NCBI RefSeq assembly: GCF_006345805.1
Contig: NW_021834155.1
Coordinates: 1-64,000, forward strand
DNA: 64,000 nt
Reading direction: 5' to 3'
Origin: Octopus sinensis
Taxonomy: Eukaryota
Below are positions 13,920 to 26,136 of the stretch, piece by piece. Under the pieces are notes generated by a model that saw only the letters and a program-made list of their open reading frames with translations, made no database searches and was not told where the DNA came from. Within the stretch, counting starts at the first letter, position 1; each line of letters opens with the position of its first letter. The translations under genes and the position numbers were made by a program.

Positions 13920-14862
13920 TGTTATAGGTTGCAATAAACAGCTTTGCTTAATTGTGCTGCAATCGGCCGACGCATTAATATATCACCAGATCAGTAGGTG
14001 CTTCACCTCTTCATCGAAGCTCTTCGTCATTATTCACCCCACGCACACGCACACACACACAGACACACACACACAGACACACACACACACACAGATAAAA
14101 TGTGTGCTGAACACCTACCATTCCTACTAAAAATCACATCACCGAATATCCTAATTTCACCTACTTCTTGAGCACTTTATAGTCTAACACCTCATCAGTC
14201 GAAATAGTTTGCCTTCGGCACGTACACATCTATATATATTTATACATCAAATACTTTTGCTTTAATGCCTTAAAAATATAAAAGAACTAAAAAAAAATCC
14301 ACACGATTTTAGTTCTCCTGGGGTACTTTATTTATTTTATCATAGAGATTAACATGTCCAAAGATGATATTAGGAATTGACTAATACTTTTTTTAGACAA
14401 ATAAGAGAGACAAATCTGGTTGTTTTAAATTCAATAACCTTCGCTATTGTTTGCTGGAAATAACTGATTAAGTAGAAATGAATATTCATGATAAACGCCG
14501 AATAGAAGCAAGAGGCAAGAGATTGATTAATAAATGAATGACAGGATGTGTTGACGGCGTATTTATTTATCAAAAACGTGGTTTTGATAATATCCAATGT
14601 TTTCACATCAGAAATAACCACAATAGGTTGATCAGGAAACAGAGATGGGGGTTAACTAACGTTAGCTTTGGGGGCTAGGCAAGTAAAAGGTACCTCTTCG
14701 AAAATTTACATATTCTTTAGTTTTGGCAGCAGAAGTTTAGGTTTCGCTATTGTTTGAAGTGAATGATTTCCTTTATAGCAATGTCGGTAGAGAGAAATTG
14801 TTGGAGAAGAGGGAGTCGATGGGAGTCGATGGGAGTCGATGGGAGACTATTGGACAAATCAA

Positions 14863-15112
14863 TACTCTTTACTCTCTTTTACTCTTTTACTTGTTTCAGT
14901 CATTTGACTGCGGCCATGCTGGAGCACCGCCTTTGGTCGAGCAAATCAACCCCAGGACGACTTATTCTTTGTAAGCCTAGTACTTATTCTATCGGCACTC
15001 TTTTGCCGAACCGCTAAGTTACGGGGACGTGAACACACCTGCATCGGTTGTCAAGCGATGTTTGGTGGACAAACAAAGACACACAAACGTATACACACAT
15101 ACATATACATAT

Positions 15113-15196
<84 letters not shown>

Positions 15197-15345
15197 TACA
15201 TATATACAACGGGCTTCTTTCACAAGGTTTTGGTCGGCCCGAGGCTACAGTAGAAGACACTTGCCCAAGGTGCCACGCAGTGGGACTGAACCCGGAACCA
15301 TGTGGTTCGTAAGCAAACTACTAACCACACACCCATTCCAACGCC
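14863..15345 (-). mobile_element. SINE family A, full length, internal microsatellite expanded
   Basis: tRNA-like head with A/B boxes, body and AAAAGAGT tail. Confidence 0.9.
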
Positions 15346-15591
15346 TATGATAATAAAAAAGGTTCTCTATAAACACACATACAAATGTGTATAAGCATAG
15401 TCATATATGCATACATACATACATACATACATACATACATGCATGCATGCATGCATACATACATACATACATACATACATGCATACATACATACATGCAT
15501 GCATACATACATGCATGCATACATGCATACATACATACATGCATGCATGCATGCATGCATGCATGCATACATACATACATACATACATATA

Positions 15592-16868
15592 CAGGGTGCG
15601 TAAGATATTTGAGGACAAATTTATGTTTATAAAAAAACAGATATATAATAACAGATAATAACTTTATTCGTCAAAAAATGCTATGGGGATAAAAATAAAC
15701 CTTCTTTTCTATAATGTTATTCAATAAAGCTACCTTCAGCTTCAACAGCTGCTTCTGTATGAGATCTAAATCACCTCCATGCTTGAATCAAGTGGTCCTG
15801 GTTCATTTTCGACATTACTCTGACTATGGCAACTTTCAAATAATCTCTGGTGTTATGGGCGTGTTCACTGACCTCTCTCTTTCAACAATACTCCACATGT
15901 AATATAGTCCAATGGATTGAGATCTGGGGAATTAGGAGGCGAAATGTTAGGGGCTATGTGATCATGAAAATTTTCAGCCATCCATTCCTGTGTTACTAGA
16001 GCCATGTGTGATAGTGCAGAGTCTTACTGAAGCACATATGGCCTTCCGTTGCATACACTGTACATCCAGGGCTTAACAATTATTTCCAGGACCTCAATGT
16101 AGGCGGTAGAGTTAACTCCAAGGCCTTGTAGAAAGAAGTAAGGAGGCATCACATCTCCTTCATTGCTGACAACCTCTAAAACCATGACAGTGGCTGGAAA
16201 TCTGGAAATTTTGTATGCATAACACTTGGAACTTCAGAAGGGTCTGCACATATCCATCTGTCATTTCTTCTGTTAATTTTTTGATCTTGGTCGAAGTTTT
16301 TTCTCGTTTGAGAAAAACAAAATCAAATCTTCTTCTGCTGGATTTTTCAGTTTCTTTGAGAGCCTTTTAGATCTGATGTAGTGATTTTCTTTTACTTTTC
16401 TGACAAATTGACCTTTCCTAATCATATAAGACTTACACCTGATATCTTCATGGACAACATTTCTGACTAATCCTTCTAATATATGGAGATCTTTTGCAAC
16501 TGACCTCATGGATTTTCTGGCATTATAATCAATGGTCTGTTGAATTTGCTGGATAAAATCAGGTGCTCTGATGATTTCAGAGCGTTTAGAATGCTTTTTA
16601 TGCTTTGATACTGGTGATATGTATCCATTTTCAATCTCTAGCTCCTTACAAATTTTGTAGACGAAAGATCTGACAGCTTTTAAAAATCGAGATATTCCTA
16701 AATCACTATGCTCAGCCTTTATAACCACAATAACAGCATGCCTCATCATTTCTTGAGTAAGGTGAAGGTCTGCCATTATTATTTTCTGAAGCACTGATTA
16801 TACAAAATAAGCTAAAAATGCAGCAATGCCCCAACATAAGTATGCCCTCAAATACATTACGCACTCTG
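15592..16868 (-). mobile_element. Tc1/mariner superfamily DD37D (maT) transposon with pseudogenised transposase
   Basis: TIRs cagggtgcgtaa..tttgagg / cctcaaatacattacgcactctg; left TA; FFSNEK, then Q*DSA-37 residues-D in SPDLNPLDY; stop codon and frameshift present. Confidence 0.9.
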
Positions 16869-16871
16869 TGC

Positions 16872-16938
<67 letters not shown>

Positions 16939-17167
16939 CACGTACGTATGTATGTGCATGTACGCACGTATGTATTATGTATGTACGTATGTATGTGTGT
17001 GTGTGCGTATTTGTATGCATATACATATACACGTGTGTATGTATATATATCCACGCGCGCACACACGTACACACATACACGACTGCACACGCGCGCACAC
17101 ACATACACATACACGTACATACATGCACGCATGCACACGCGCACGCATGCACACGCGCACGCACACA

Positions 17168-17325
17168 TATACGACAGGCTTCTTTCAGTTTCCGTCTACC
17201 AAATCTACTCAGAAGGCTTTGGTCAGCCCGAGGCTATAGCAGAAGTTACTTGCTCAAACTACCACGCAGTGGGACTCTACCCGGAACCATGTGGTTGGTA
17301 AACAAACTACTTACCACACCGCCAC
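17168..17325 (-). mobile_element. SINE family A, 5' half
   Basis: Match to head and body; ends in a microsatellite. Confidence 0.85.
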
Positions 17326-17424
17326 CCCTTTCTTTTACCAAGTATAACATCACCCTTTCCTTCCTTATTCATCTAACACCCCTTCCTTTCTCATTCATAA
17401 ACACAAGCGTATTATTATAGTAGA

Positions 17425-17726
17425 CTAGCAGTATCGCCCGGCGTTGCTCGGGTTTGTAAGGGAAATAACTATATAAGCATTTTTAGAGAGTTACTTCCCT
17501 TATATAATAGCAAAAAATGCATTAAAAATGGGAAAAAATTATGGTAATTTTTGTTTTAAATCGTACACTCATCATAGACGCGCGCTAATACCCAGAAGGG
17601 CTCGATATGAATGACGACTATAAGATACCCGCTTTTGGTTAAACTGCACCGCAAAATGTGGGAGTAGTTAGGAATCTAAATCGTAGGAGACAGACACTCA
17701 CACAACTTCACTTTTATATATAAAGA
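17425..17726 (-). mobile_element. Non-autonomous Helitron
   Basis: Minus strand 5'-TC..CTAG-3', subterminal hairpin cccgagcaacgccggg, inserted between A and T. Confidence 0.9.
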
Positions 17727-18291
17727 TTATCTCGGTAACCATGGGAGCTATGAAAAAATACAAAGCCCAGCATCACCACCGGATCATTCTACACATCTGT
17801 GTAATTTTTCGCGCAATTCCACCCAACCGTTTGACTATGAATCCCAAGACAAGAAAGAATCGCCCATGTCAAATATATATTTATAGATGTTTTCTTTTCT
17901 ATGATGCAAGCTTAATGACTTTAAAATATTTTCGCTGTGAAGTAATTAAAAAGAGAGGAATCTACAATAATGATATTCAGTAACTGAGTTTTAAATATTT
18001 ACGTATTCGTTTCGTTTACTCGGGATAGCCAGCCATGTCTACTTTTGCCCTTTCCCCATATTGATTTACTTTCAATATCAATTGCACAGTTCTGTGTACT
18101 TAAAGCCAGAGATTGCCACTTGAAAAAAAAACACAAAAATGGCCGTTCGTTCAATTTGTAACAATTTCTTGTCACCGTTATATTGACTAGAACGTAAACA
18201 ACGTCTAAGTTTTATCAGAATTAGTCCAAATGGCTGCTGGAGAATGCTAAAACAAACATTTATCAGTTAAACTTACAGAAGTAAATTAGTT

Positions 18292-18400
18292 GTTACCATA
18301 GCAACATCTTTGTTACTATGACTTCCACTTTAATACCCCCAATCAATGTCTATCGTTAATAAGTTGTTTTACGTCACGAGTAGGATTGCTTGTGACGTCA
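18292..18400. promoter_or_regulatory. Candidate promoter: RFX X-box GTTACCATAGCAAC plus CRE-like TTACGTCA and TGACGTCA
   Basis: X-box 18292-18305, TTACGTCA 18369-18376, TGACGTCA 18393-18400, in non-repetitive sequence with retained CpGs. Confidence 0.5.
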
Positions 18401-18759
18401 TCAATACTTGACTAAACCTGTTATAGCCGACAGCTTGTGAATATATGAACCATCGAGAGGAAGAGACAACCTGTGTATGTGGTGGCTTGCTCTGCTAGAA
18501 ATAGCAACCAAATATCCTGCAAATTCCATCTCATTTATAGAAGGAACCACACATTTCAATGCTGTTGTTCCAGATGGACTGATGCACGTGATAAAGAACA
18601 TATTGGATACTGTGGTATAAACTGCACCGAGCAAAACGGGATAGTCATGGCTGGAATCACGGGTCGATAAGCTCTGGCCTGACATAAGCCAAACAACAAC
18701 AACAATAACAGCAACAACCACAACAATAATAATAATATTTTCAAGTTTGAGGGGTGGGG

Positions 18760-18913
18760 CAAGTTGATTAAAGTACCAGTGAAGTACCTCAGTACTTGAC
18801 TGGTACTGTATTTGATTGACCTCGAAATGATGGACGCAAAGTTTTGAACTCAGAACGTAAAGAGTCGGGACAAATACGCAAAGCATTTTTTCCGACGCTC
18901 TAAACATTCTGCC
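18760..18913 (-). mobile_element. SINE family B, old diverged copy
   Basis: gaactcagaacgta..gcatttt..attctgcc matches the family B head. Confidence 0.7.
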
Positions 18914-18914
<1 letters not shown>

Positions 18915-18948
<34 letters not shown>

Positions 18949-18957
18949 TGATGATGG

Positions 18958-18988
<31 letters not shown>

Positions 18989-18992
18989 AATG

Positions 18993-19051
<59 letters not shown>

Positions 19052-19068
19052 TATTATTATTATTATTA

Positions 19069-19099
<31 letters not shown>

Positions 19100-19165
19100 A
19101 TAATGATGATGGTGATGATGATGATGATGATGATGACGACGACGACGACGATGATGATGATGATG

Positions 19166-19208
<43 letters not shown>

Positions 19209-19283
19209 TGATGATAATGATAATAATAATAATGATGATGATATAATAGTTAATAATAATAATAATAATAATAATTATAATTA

Positions 19284-19340
<57 letters not shown>
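18915..19340. repeat. Compound (AAT)n/(GAT)n/(GAC)n array with an internal inverted (ATT)n block
   Basis: Strand switch at 19050/19051. Confidence 0.9.
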
Positions 19341-19341
<1 letters not shown>

Positions 19342-19343
<2 letters not shown>

Positions 19344-19896
19344 GCCCTGATGCAGTACCAGGCAGTGTCTCCCTTGGCTTCTGATCTTAACTGATCGGTA
19401 GTGTTATCATGTACATTGTTTTGTCTGGGTATAAAAGATGGGCTACAGCAAATATTCTGCTCAATACCACAGATTTGTTTGTCAGTTGTTTGACTTTAAC
19501 CAGTTGAGCATGTCCCTTAGTGGCTGACGATATGTGCATCTCTGATCACGAGCAGAAGTAGTGGGGGAGCATCATAGCCATGTGTTGAGAGGGATTCAAT
19601 GGGGTTTGAATAATTCACCTCTGAAAACATGGGTGGTTCATTCAACATCCTTAAACAATACTTATTCAGGGATCTTTTGAGCAGATGGGCTACTCGACCA
19701 GAAGAAAATTCTAACTGAGCCCCACCTGCAAGGTCATGTGCTGTTAGTCTTGATATGAGATCACCATGTCACGCACATATGGTTGTGATGCATGTGCCTA
19801 GTGTACCTTTATCAGACGGGTAGTCATGATGGGTATATTGGGCTTCGTATATTTTACCCCAGTGTCACTTTGATGGCATGAACTGCTCTCTCACTC
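19342..19896 (+). mobile_element. Unclassified retroposon-like repeat ending in an (AAT)n tail; its last 155 bp are repeated at 20094-20248
   Basis: The same 3' segment followed by (AAT)n occurs twice. Confidence 0.6.
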
Positions 19897-20089
<193 letters not shown>

Positions 20090-20248
20090 GAGTAGTTTAT
20101 CTTGATATGAGATCACCATGTCGCGCACATATGGTTGTGATGCATGTGCCTGGTGTACCTTTATCAGACGGGTAGTCATGATGGGTATATTGGGCTTCGT
20201 ATATTTTACCCCAGTGTCACTTTGATGGCATGAACTGCTCTCTCACTC

Positions 20249-20296
<48 letters not shown>

Positions 20297-20482
20297 CTTT
20301 TCTACTATAGGCACAAGGCCTGAAATTATGGAGGATGGGGAAAGTCGATCATACTGACCCCAGTACTTGACTGGTACTTCAATTAGTCGACCTCGGCGGA
20401 ATTTGGATTCAGAAAATAATGACAGACGAAATGCCGCTAAGCATTTTATCTGGCGTGCTCACGATTCTGCCAGTTCGCCGCC
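20297..20482 (-). mobile_element. SINE family B, diverged
   Basis: Head ggcggcgaactggcagaatcgt and body recognisable. Confidence 0.8.
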
Positions 20483-20484
20483 TC

Positions 20485-20516
<32 letters not shown>

Positions 20517-20559
20517 CGACGACGACGACGACGACGACAATAATAATAAGAATAAATAA

Positions 20560-21460
20560 TTGCATCGAATGTTGAGCGATTACTTGGAAAAAGTATGGCG
20601 AATTGGAGGACGGAACTTACAACATACAGAAGAAGTTTAGGGACAGTAGAAATTAGGAGGGGCATCTTCCAAGGGGACTGCCTGTCCCCACTGATTTTTG
20701 TACTGTGCTTGATACCACTAATACTGATTCTGACAAAAGCAAAAGCTGGGTATGTATTCAGAAGCCGCCAACAAAAAGTCAGCCATTTGTTATTCATGGG
20801 TGACCTCAGACTTTATGGTAAAGATGAAGCCCAAGCCTGTTCCCTCATTGATACGGTGTATACCTTCAGTGCTGATATCAGAATGGAGTTCGGACTGAAA
20901 AAGTGTGGTGCGTTAGTCTTGAAGAGAGGCAAAATCAAATGTATGGACGGACTAACGATACCGTCGGGGGAGGTTATGAAGCAGATAGAAGAGACTGGCT
21001 ATAAGTACTTAGAAATTTTGGAAATGGATAAATTGATGGAGAAAGAAATGACAGAAAAATTTAAGGTAGGGTACCTATGCAGATTGAGACTAAAGTCGAA
21101 ATTAAACGAAAGGAATAAGATCGAAGCTATCAACACCTGGGCTGTTCCACTCCTTAGATGTGGAGCAGAGGTAATTGCATGGACAGCAGACGAACTAAAC
21201 AGTTTAGACAGAAAGACAAGGAAGTTGCTAACTAGATATGAGACACTCCACCCAAAAAGTGACACAGACAGGTAGTATGTACCAAGAAAAAGAGGGGAAA
21301 GAGGACTTATTGGATGCGAACACAGCATTAGAGCAGAAGAAAACAACATAGCATGGTATGTAAAAAATGCCACATAACCGCTATTATTAGAAGTAAGAAG
21401 GTCAGGCTTGTGGAGGATGAAAGATTGCATAGATAAAGCACTAAACAAAAAATTGAAAAT
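20560..21460 (+). mobile_element. R4/Dong-type LINE reverse transcriptase fragment (pseudogene)
   Basis: ORF 20595-21275 with RRGIFQGDCLSPL, HLLFMGDLRLY, FGLKKC, YKYLEI, KIEAINTWAVP; stops downstream. Confidence 0.9.
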
Positions 21461-21849
21461 GAAGAAACAACAACAATAATAAGGAGAAGAACGAAGAGGG
21501 GAGGAGGGAGAGGAAGAGGATAACAACAGCAACAAGAAACGTGTTGTTACATATCAGATGTGATAAAAATAATGAAAATAAATCATTTGAATTCCTTCGA
21601 TGGAAAACTGAAGGAGAAATTGGCAAAAGTACTATCAAATATTTGAGTTGCACGGAATGAGTTAAGGAATTGCAGACAAAGGCGATTCATAGAAGATGTT
21701 TAAAGGAGCAGAAGTCGTGGAAAAGTTGACGCTTTCTCTACATTTGAAACTTTTGATAACAGTGAGGAATTGAAAGATAAAATAACCGAGGAATTGGCAG
21801 ATAAATGTAGCAGAAAGAAAAAAAAACAAGGAAAGGAAAAAGTCACGTG

Positions 21850-21991
21850 ATACAATGACATTCTATAATATGAGAAGTTAACAACCGAAACGAAAAAGTC
21901 TAAGAAATTTGAAGGACAATGCCAAAGCTTGTGAATTTGGAAAATTTAGAGACTCTCAGATTGAGAAGAGATTAGCGCGTGTGCGTGTGCG

Positions 21992-22043
<52 letters not shown>

Positions 22044-22089
22044 TGTGTCTGTGTGTGTGTGTGTGTGTGTCTGTGTGTGTGTGTGTGTT

Positions 22090-22122
<33 letters not shown>

Positions 22123-22370
22123 GTGTGTGTGTGTGTGTCTGTGTGTGTGTCTGTGTGTCTGTATGTGTGTGTCTGTGTGTGTGTGTGTGTCTGTATGTGT
22201 GTGTCTGTGTGTGTGTGTGTCTGTATGTGTGTGTGTGTGTGTGTGTGTGTTTGTGTGCGTGTGTGTGATATATCTGATAACACAGTGGGACAGAAAACTA
22301 CTTCTTGAGAGAGATTGAGATCTAAAAATATATCTTGATATGTTGCGAGGTCATGGAAGGTCAATAAAAG
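21850..22370 (+). mobile_element. Decayed Ty3/Gypsy gag remnant interrupted by a 290-bp (TG)n
   Basis: AKACEFGKFRDSQIEKRL-(VC)n-DISDNTVGxKLLLERD resembles the gag motif CEFG..D..IRDRIVCGI.D...KLL.E. Confidence 0.5.
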
Positions 22371-23298
22371 TGAAACGCTGAAATTACAAGTTGAAGAGCG
22401 GCGGGGGGGGGGAGGTGAATTCGAACAGTAGAAGGAAGTAGATGAGTTGTCGTTGTTATTGTTGATGTTTAACCCTAGGTCAACCTTGATCGAAGGCAAT
22501 CCTGCCGTGACTATTCTGTCTTTTTAGCGGTATGTGGAATTATTAATGCATTTCCTTATTTAAAGTAACAGAGTATGAGTAGAAGTAGATTTAACTGCTT
22601 GTTTTGGTCGGATCCAAGGACAAAATGAAGGTTCCTTCATAAGCCGAAGTTCAAAATATGATTATTAAATGTTGTTTTTATTTGGTTTGCAAGATTCCTG
22701 ATTGAATTCGTGCGTTAAAACTAATTTTGCTGTGTCTTGGGAGGGCCATTTCACCAATAATAACACACACACGGGTTCAATTCCACTTCTTTATTGTTAG
22801 TCAAGTGATTAAATATCTAATCAACTGATAATTCGATCGTTTGTTAATGTGCTATCATTATTGGCGACTCTCTCAAGATACAACAAAATTCTAATTATTG
22901 TAATCATCAAAAACAAAAAAAAAAAAAGAAAAGAATAGGGAACAAAACAAAAAAAGAAAGAAAAAGAATAAAGCAACGAATATGAAGAAATTAATAGTTG
23001 TCCACGTCAAGAAAAATGATTTAATGAAGTTCGTAAATTTAGAAAAAAAAAAATCAAGGTAATTTTCTTTTTACTAGTTATATTCACTTTAAAGGTGAAA
23101 TTTTATCGAAAGAATAAATTATTTCGGTTGGTTTTGAGGGTGATATTCTTTCAAGACAATAAATAAAATGGAAATTTGTTGGAAGAAGAGAATGTTGATG
23201 TTTCGATCAGAACTTTTCGTGGGACAAAAAAAAAATTATGCCTGTGTAATAAACTGAAAATAAGCTGGATGAATAATAATATAAAGAATATATATATA

Positions 23299-23341
<43 letters not shown>

Positions 23342-23425
23342 ATATATATATGCATATATGCATACTTATATGTACATATGTACATATATATATGTGTGTG
23401 TGTGTGTATATATATATAGAGAGAG

Positions 23426-23485
<60 letters not shown>

Positions 23486-24484
23486 GCATATAAGCATACT
23501 TATATGTACATACCTATATATGTGTATATATATATATATGCATATATGGGTACAGGACGTCACAAAAGGTAAACTACATGAAATACGAAGACAAACGTGG
23601 GTATGCGACCAACGAGAGAAACTAATGGAAAACAAAAAAACTAACATAAAAAGCGACCCTTCGTCAGTTGTCGGCTGTCCATCTACTCCTCATTTCGAGC
23701 ATTGAACAACAATAATAGCTGGAATCGGCAACCTTATTCAAGCATGAAGTGTGTGAGACTAAATCTTTTGGCAAAGAAAGATGCGTTGAAATGGCAGTTA
23801 AAAATACAAAACTACTTCAAGATTGGAAACCATGGCAGAACAAGGTAAAGCAAAGAACAAAAGACAAACTGATTTAATAGAAGTTAAAAAGTCTTGCGAC
23901 ATTTATGGGAAAATATCACAAGAAATAGGGAGACCAATGAACGAAGAAGCGGAGAAGACAAGTAGGGAAATTTATAAATGAAGGAAACTTCTGTCTAGTT
24001 GAAACCGGTGGAGTGCCAGATTTTGCCTTAAAACAACAAAGGATGCACTGGAAATTGTAGACCAAAATATACAAAATGCAGGCTAGCAACGCCATTGGTA
24101 TTCGTCTACATGAGAAGAACTACTATTGGGGTTAGTTCTAATTAAGTAGAACTTCCGACCGAACAAGCCCCACGACCGAATGCAGTTTAAAATCATTAAC
24201 ATCAAAGAAGTACAAGGAGATGGCAACCAATGGGACAGTTAGCATTTGGCCAAAGGCGTTTTCCCCAATATTTAATTTTGCTTGCAATAGCCAGGTCTTT
24301 CAGTCAAACTATCGTATCTCCAGCTGCTTCAGATGCCAAGATAACAAAAATTGTCAAAGTGTAGTACAACGGTTTTGCTATGGAATGGTGAAACTATTTT
24401 TTCGTTTTCTGAAAAAGCAATGATTGGGACTTACGACATTTTTGCATAATAGCAACGATACACACACACACACACACATACATG

Positions 24485-24515
<31 letters not shown>

Positions 24516-24516
24516 G

Positions 24517-24568
<52 letters not shown>

Positions 24569-24587
24569 TATTGTATATATATATATT

Positions 24588-24654
<67 letters not shown>

Positions 24655-24673
24655 TATATACATACATATATAT

Positions 24674-24707
<34 letters not shown>

Positions 24708-24748
24708 ATGTATATATAATATATATATATATATGTGTGTGTGTGGTG

Positions 24749-24938
24749 TCGCCATGATAGATCGCTAACCTACTACATCCTTTATTTTCTCACCTTGTTC
24801 TTTTTCTGTGTCCCTTTCTGAGGAAGAGCGTAGGCTCGAAACGTTAAAGACTTTTTCACTTCCCAAGCTTATACTAATACATCTGTTTGTTGTCTACACC
24901 ACCTGTCTTTGTCTTTTGTTTTTTTGTGAATTCTTCCT

Positions 24939-24941
<3 letters not shown>
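24749..24941 (+). mobile_element. Short Penelope-derived-like repeat carrying a hammerhead motif (other copies 53311-53500 + and 56970-57073 -)
   Basis: Three homologous copies in the window, all flanked by (TA)n. Confidence 0.7.
24814..24849 (+). ncRNA. Minimal type I hammerhead ribozyme motif
   Basis: CTTT-CTGAGGA-a-GAGC(gtag)GCTC-GAAA-CGT-T-AAAG. Confidence 0.75.
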
Positions 24942-24987
<46 letters not shown>

Positions 24988-25754
24988 ATATATGTGTGTG
25001 GTGTGTTGTGTGTGTATGTGTATGTATGTATGTATGTATGTATGTGTATGTATGTATATGTATATGTATATATATATATATATTATATGCGGAGGGGTTT
25101 TTCTTTTGAGCCAACTAGTTTCTTACCCTCTCCACTCATATTCAACCGATAGTTCCCACCCCGCAGTTGTCTTTTCTACTTCTCATCCGTACCGTATCGC
25201 AAAACCCGGTTTCCACGCTAAATACTTTTTGACCAATCATTCCTCTCCGAACTAAAATTCCCTTCCTGTTTACGTCATCTCTGCAGTCATCGACCTATTT
25301 ATGTTCTAACGGAAAACGGAACAGATCGTGGTTACTAAACTATGAGAACTAGCAGAAGAAATGAACGTTTCCAATCCCGCTTTCTCTGACCAACTCATAA
25401 AGAAAATATAGCAAAATATCTTGATTCCTTTCATAAGAAGCAAGACCTCATATTTGCAGTAGGTATGTGATTACATCGTCATCAGTATTTGACAACTAAT
25501 TTTATTTTATCGACCACAGAGACATTAAAAGCAGTGTTGGCCTCAGGATGTAAATGGCAGTAAGTAAATACTAAAAAAATATTTGTATCCGGCAGTCTAA
25601 CCATTCAACCAATCAGAATGTTTTTCATCAAGAAATACTAATATCAAACAAATTATATTTAGATGATGGGTTCTAACTTGTTGTTTATATCTTTTTTTAC
25701 TGCACTCGAAAAACAACAACATTAAAAAAAAAACTTACAGAGTTCGATACCATG

Positions 25755-26136
25755 GAAGCACTCCGTCGGTTACGACGACGAGGATTCCGGTTGATCCGAA
25801 TCAACGGAACAGCTTGCTCGTGAAATTAACGTGTAAGTGACTGAGCACTCCACAGACACGTGTACCCTTAATGTAGTTCTCGGGGATATTCAGCGTGACA
25901 CAGAGTGACAAGGCCGGCCCTTTTGAAATACAGGTACAACAGAAACAGGAAGTAAGAGTGAGAGAAAGTTGTGGTGAAAGAGTACAGCAGGGATCACCAC
26001 CATCCCCTGCCGGAGCCTCGTGGAGCTTTAGGTGTTTTCGCTCAATAAACACTCGCAATGCCCGGTCTGGGAATCGAAACCGCGATCCTATGACGGCGAG
26101 TCCGCTGCCCTAACCACTGGGCCATTGCGCCTCCAC
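25755..26136 (-). mobile_element. SINE family C, full length, with a 14-bp target-site duplication
   Basis: tRNA-like head ggaggcgcaatggcccagtggttag..gtttcgattccc; TSD AGTTCGATACCATG at 25741-25754 and 26137-26150. Confidence 0.92.

Noticed and set aside
14863-15345. tRNA genes at SINE heads (also families B and C)
   Set aside because: A/B boxes are present but the cloverleaf is incomplete and continues into SINE bodies.
23650-23705. CTGACGA and a GAAA on the minus strand
   Set aside because: Wrong order for the type I fold and no closing stems found.
23900-24420. Possible decayed RT on the plus strand
   Set aside because: Only one or two weak motif resemblances; not supportable by eye.
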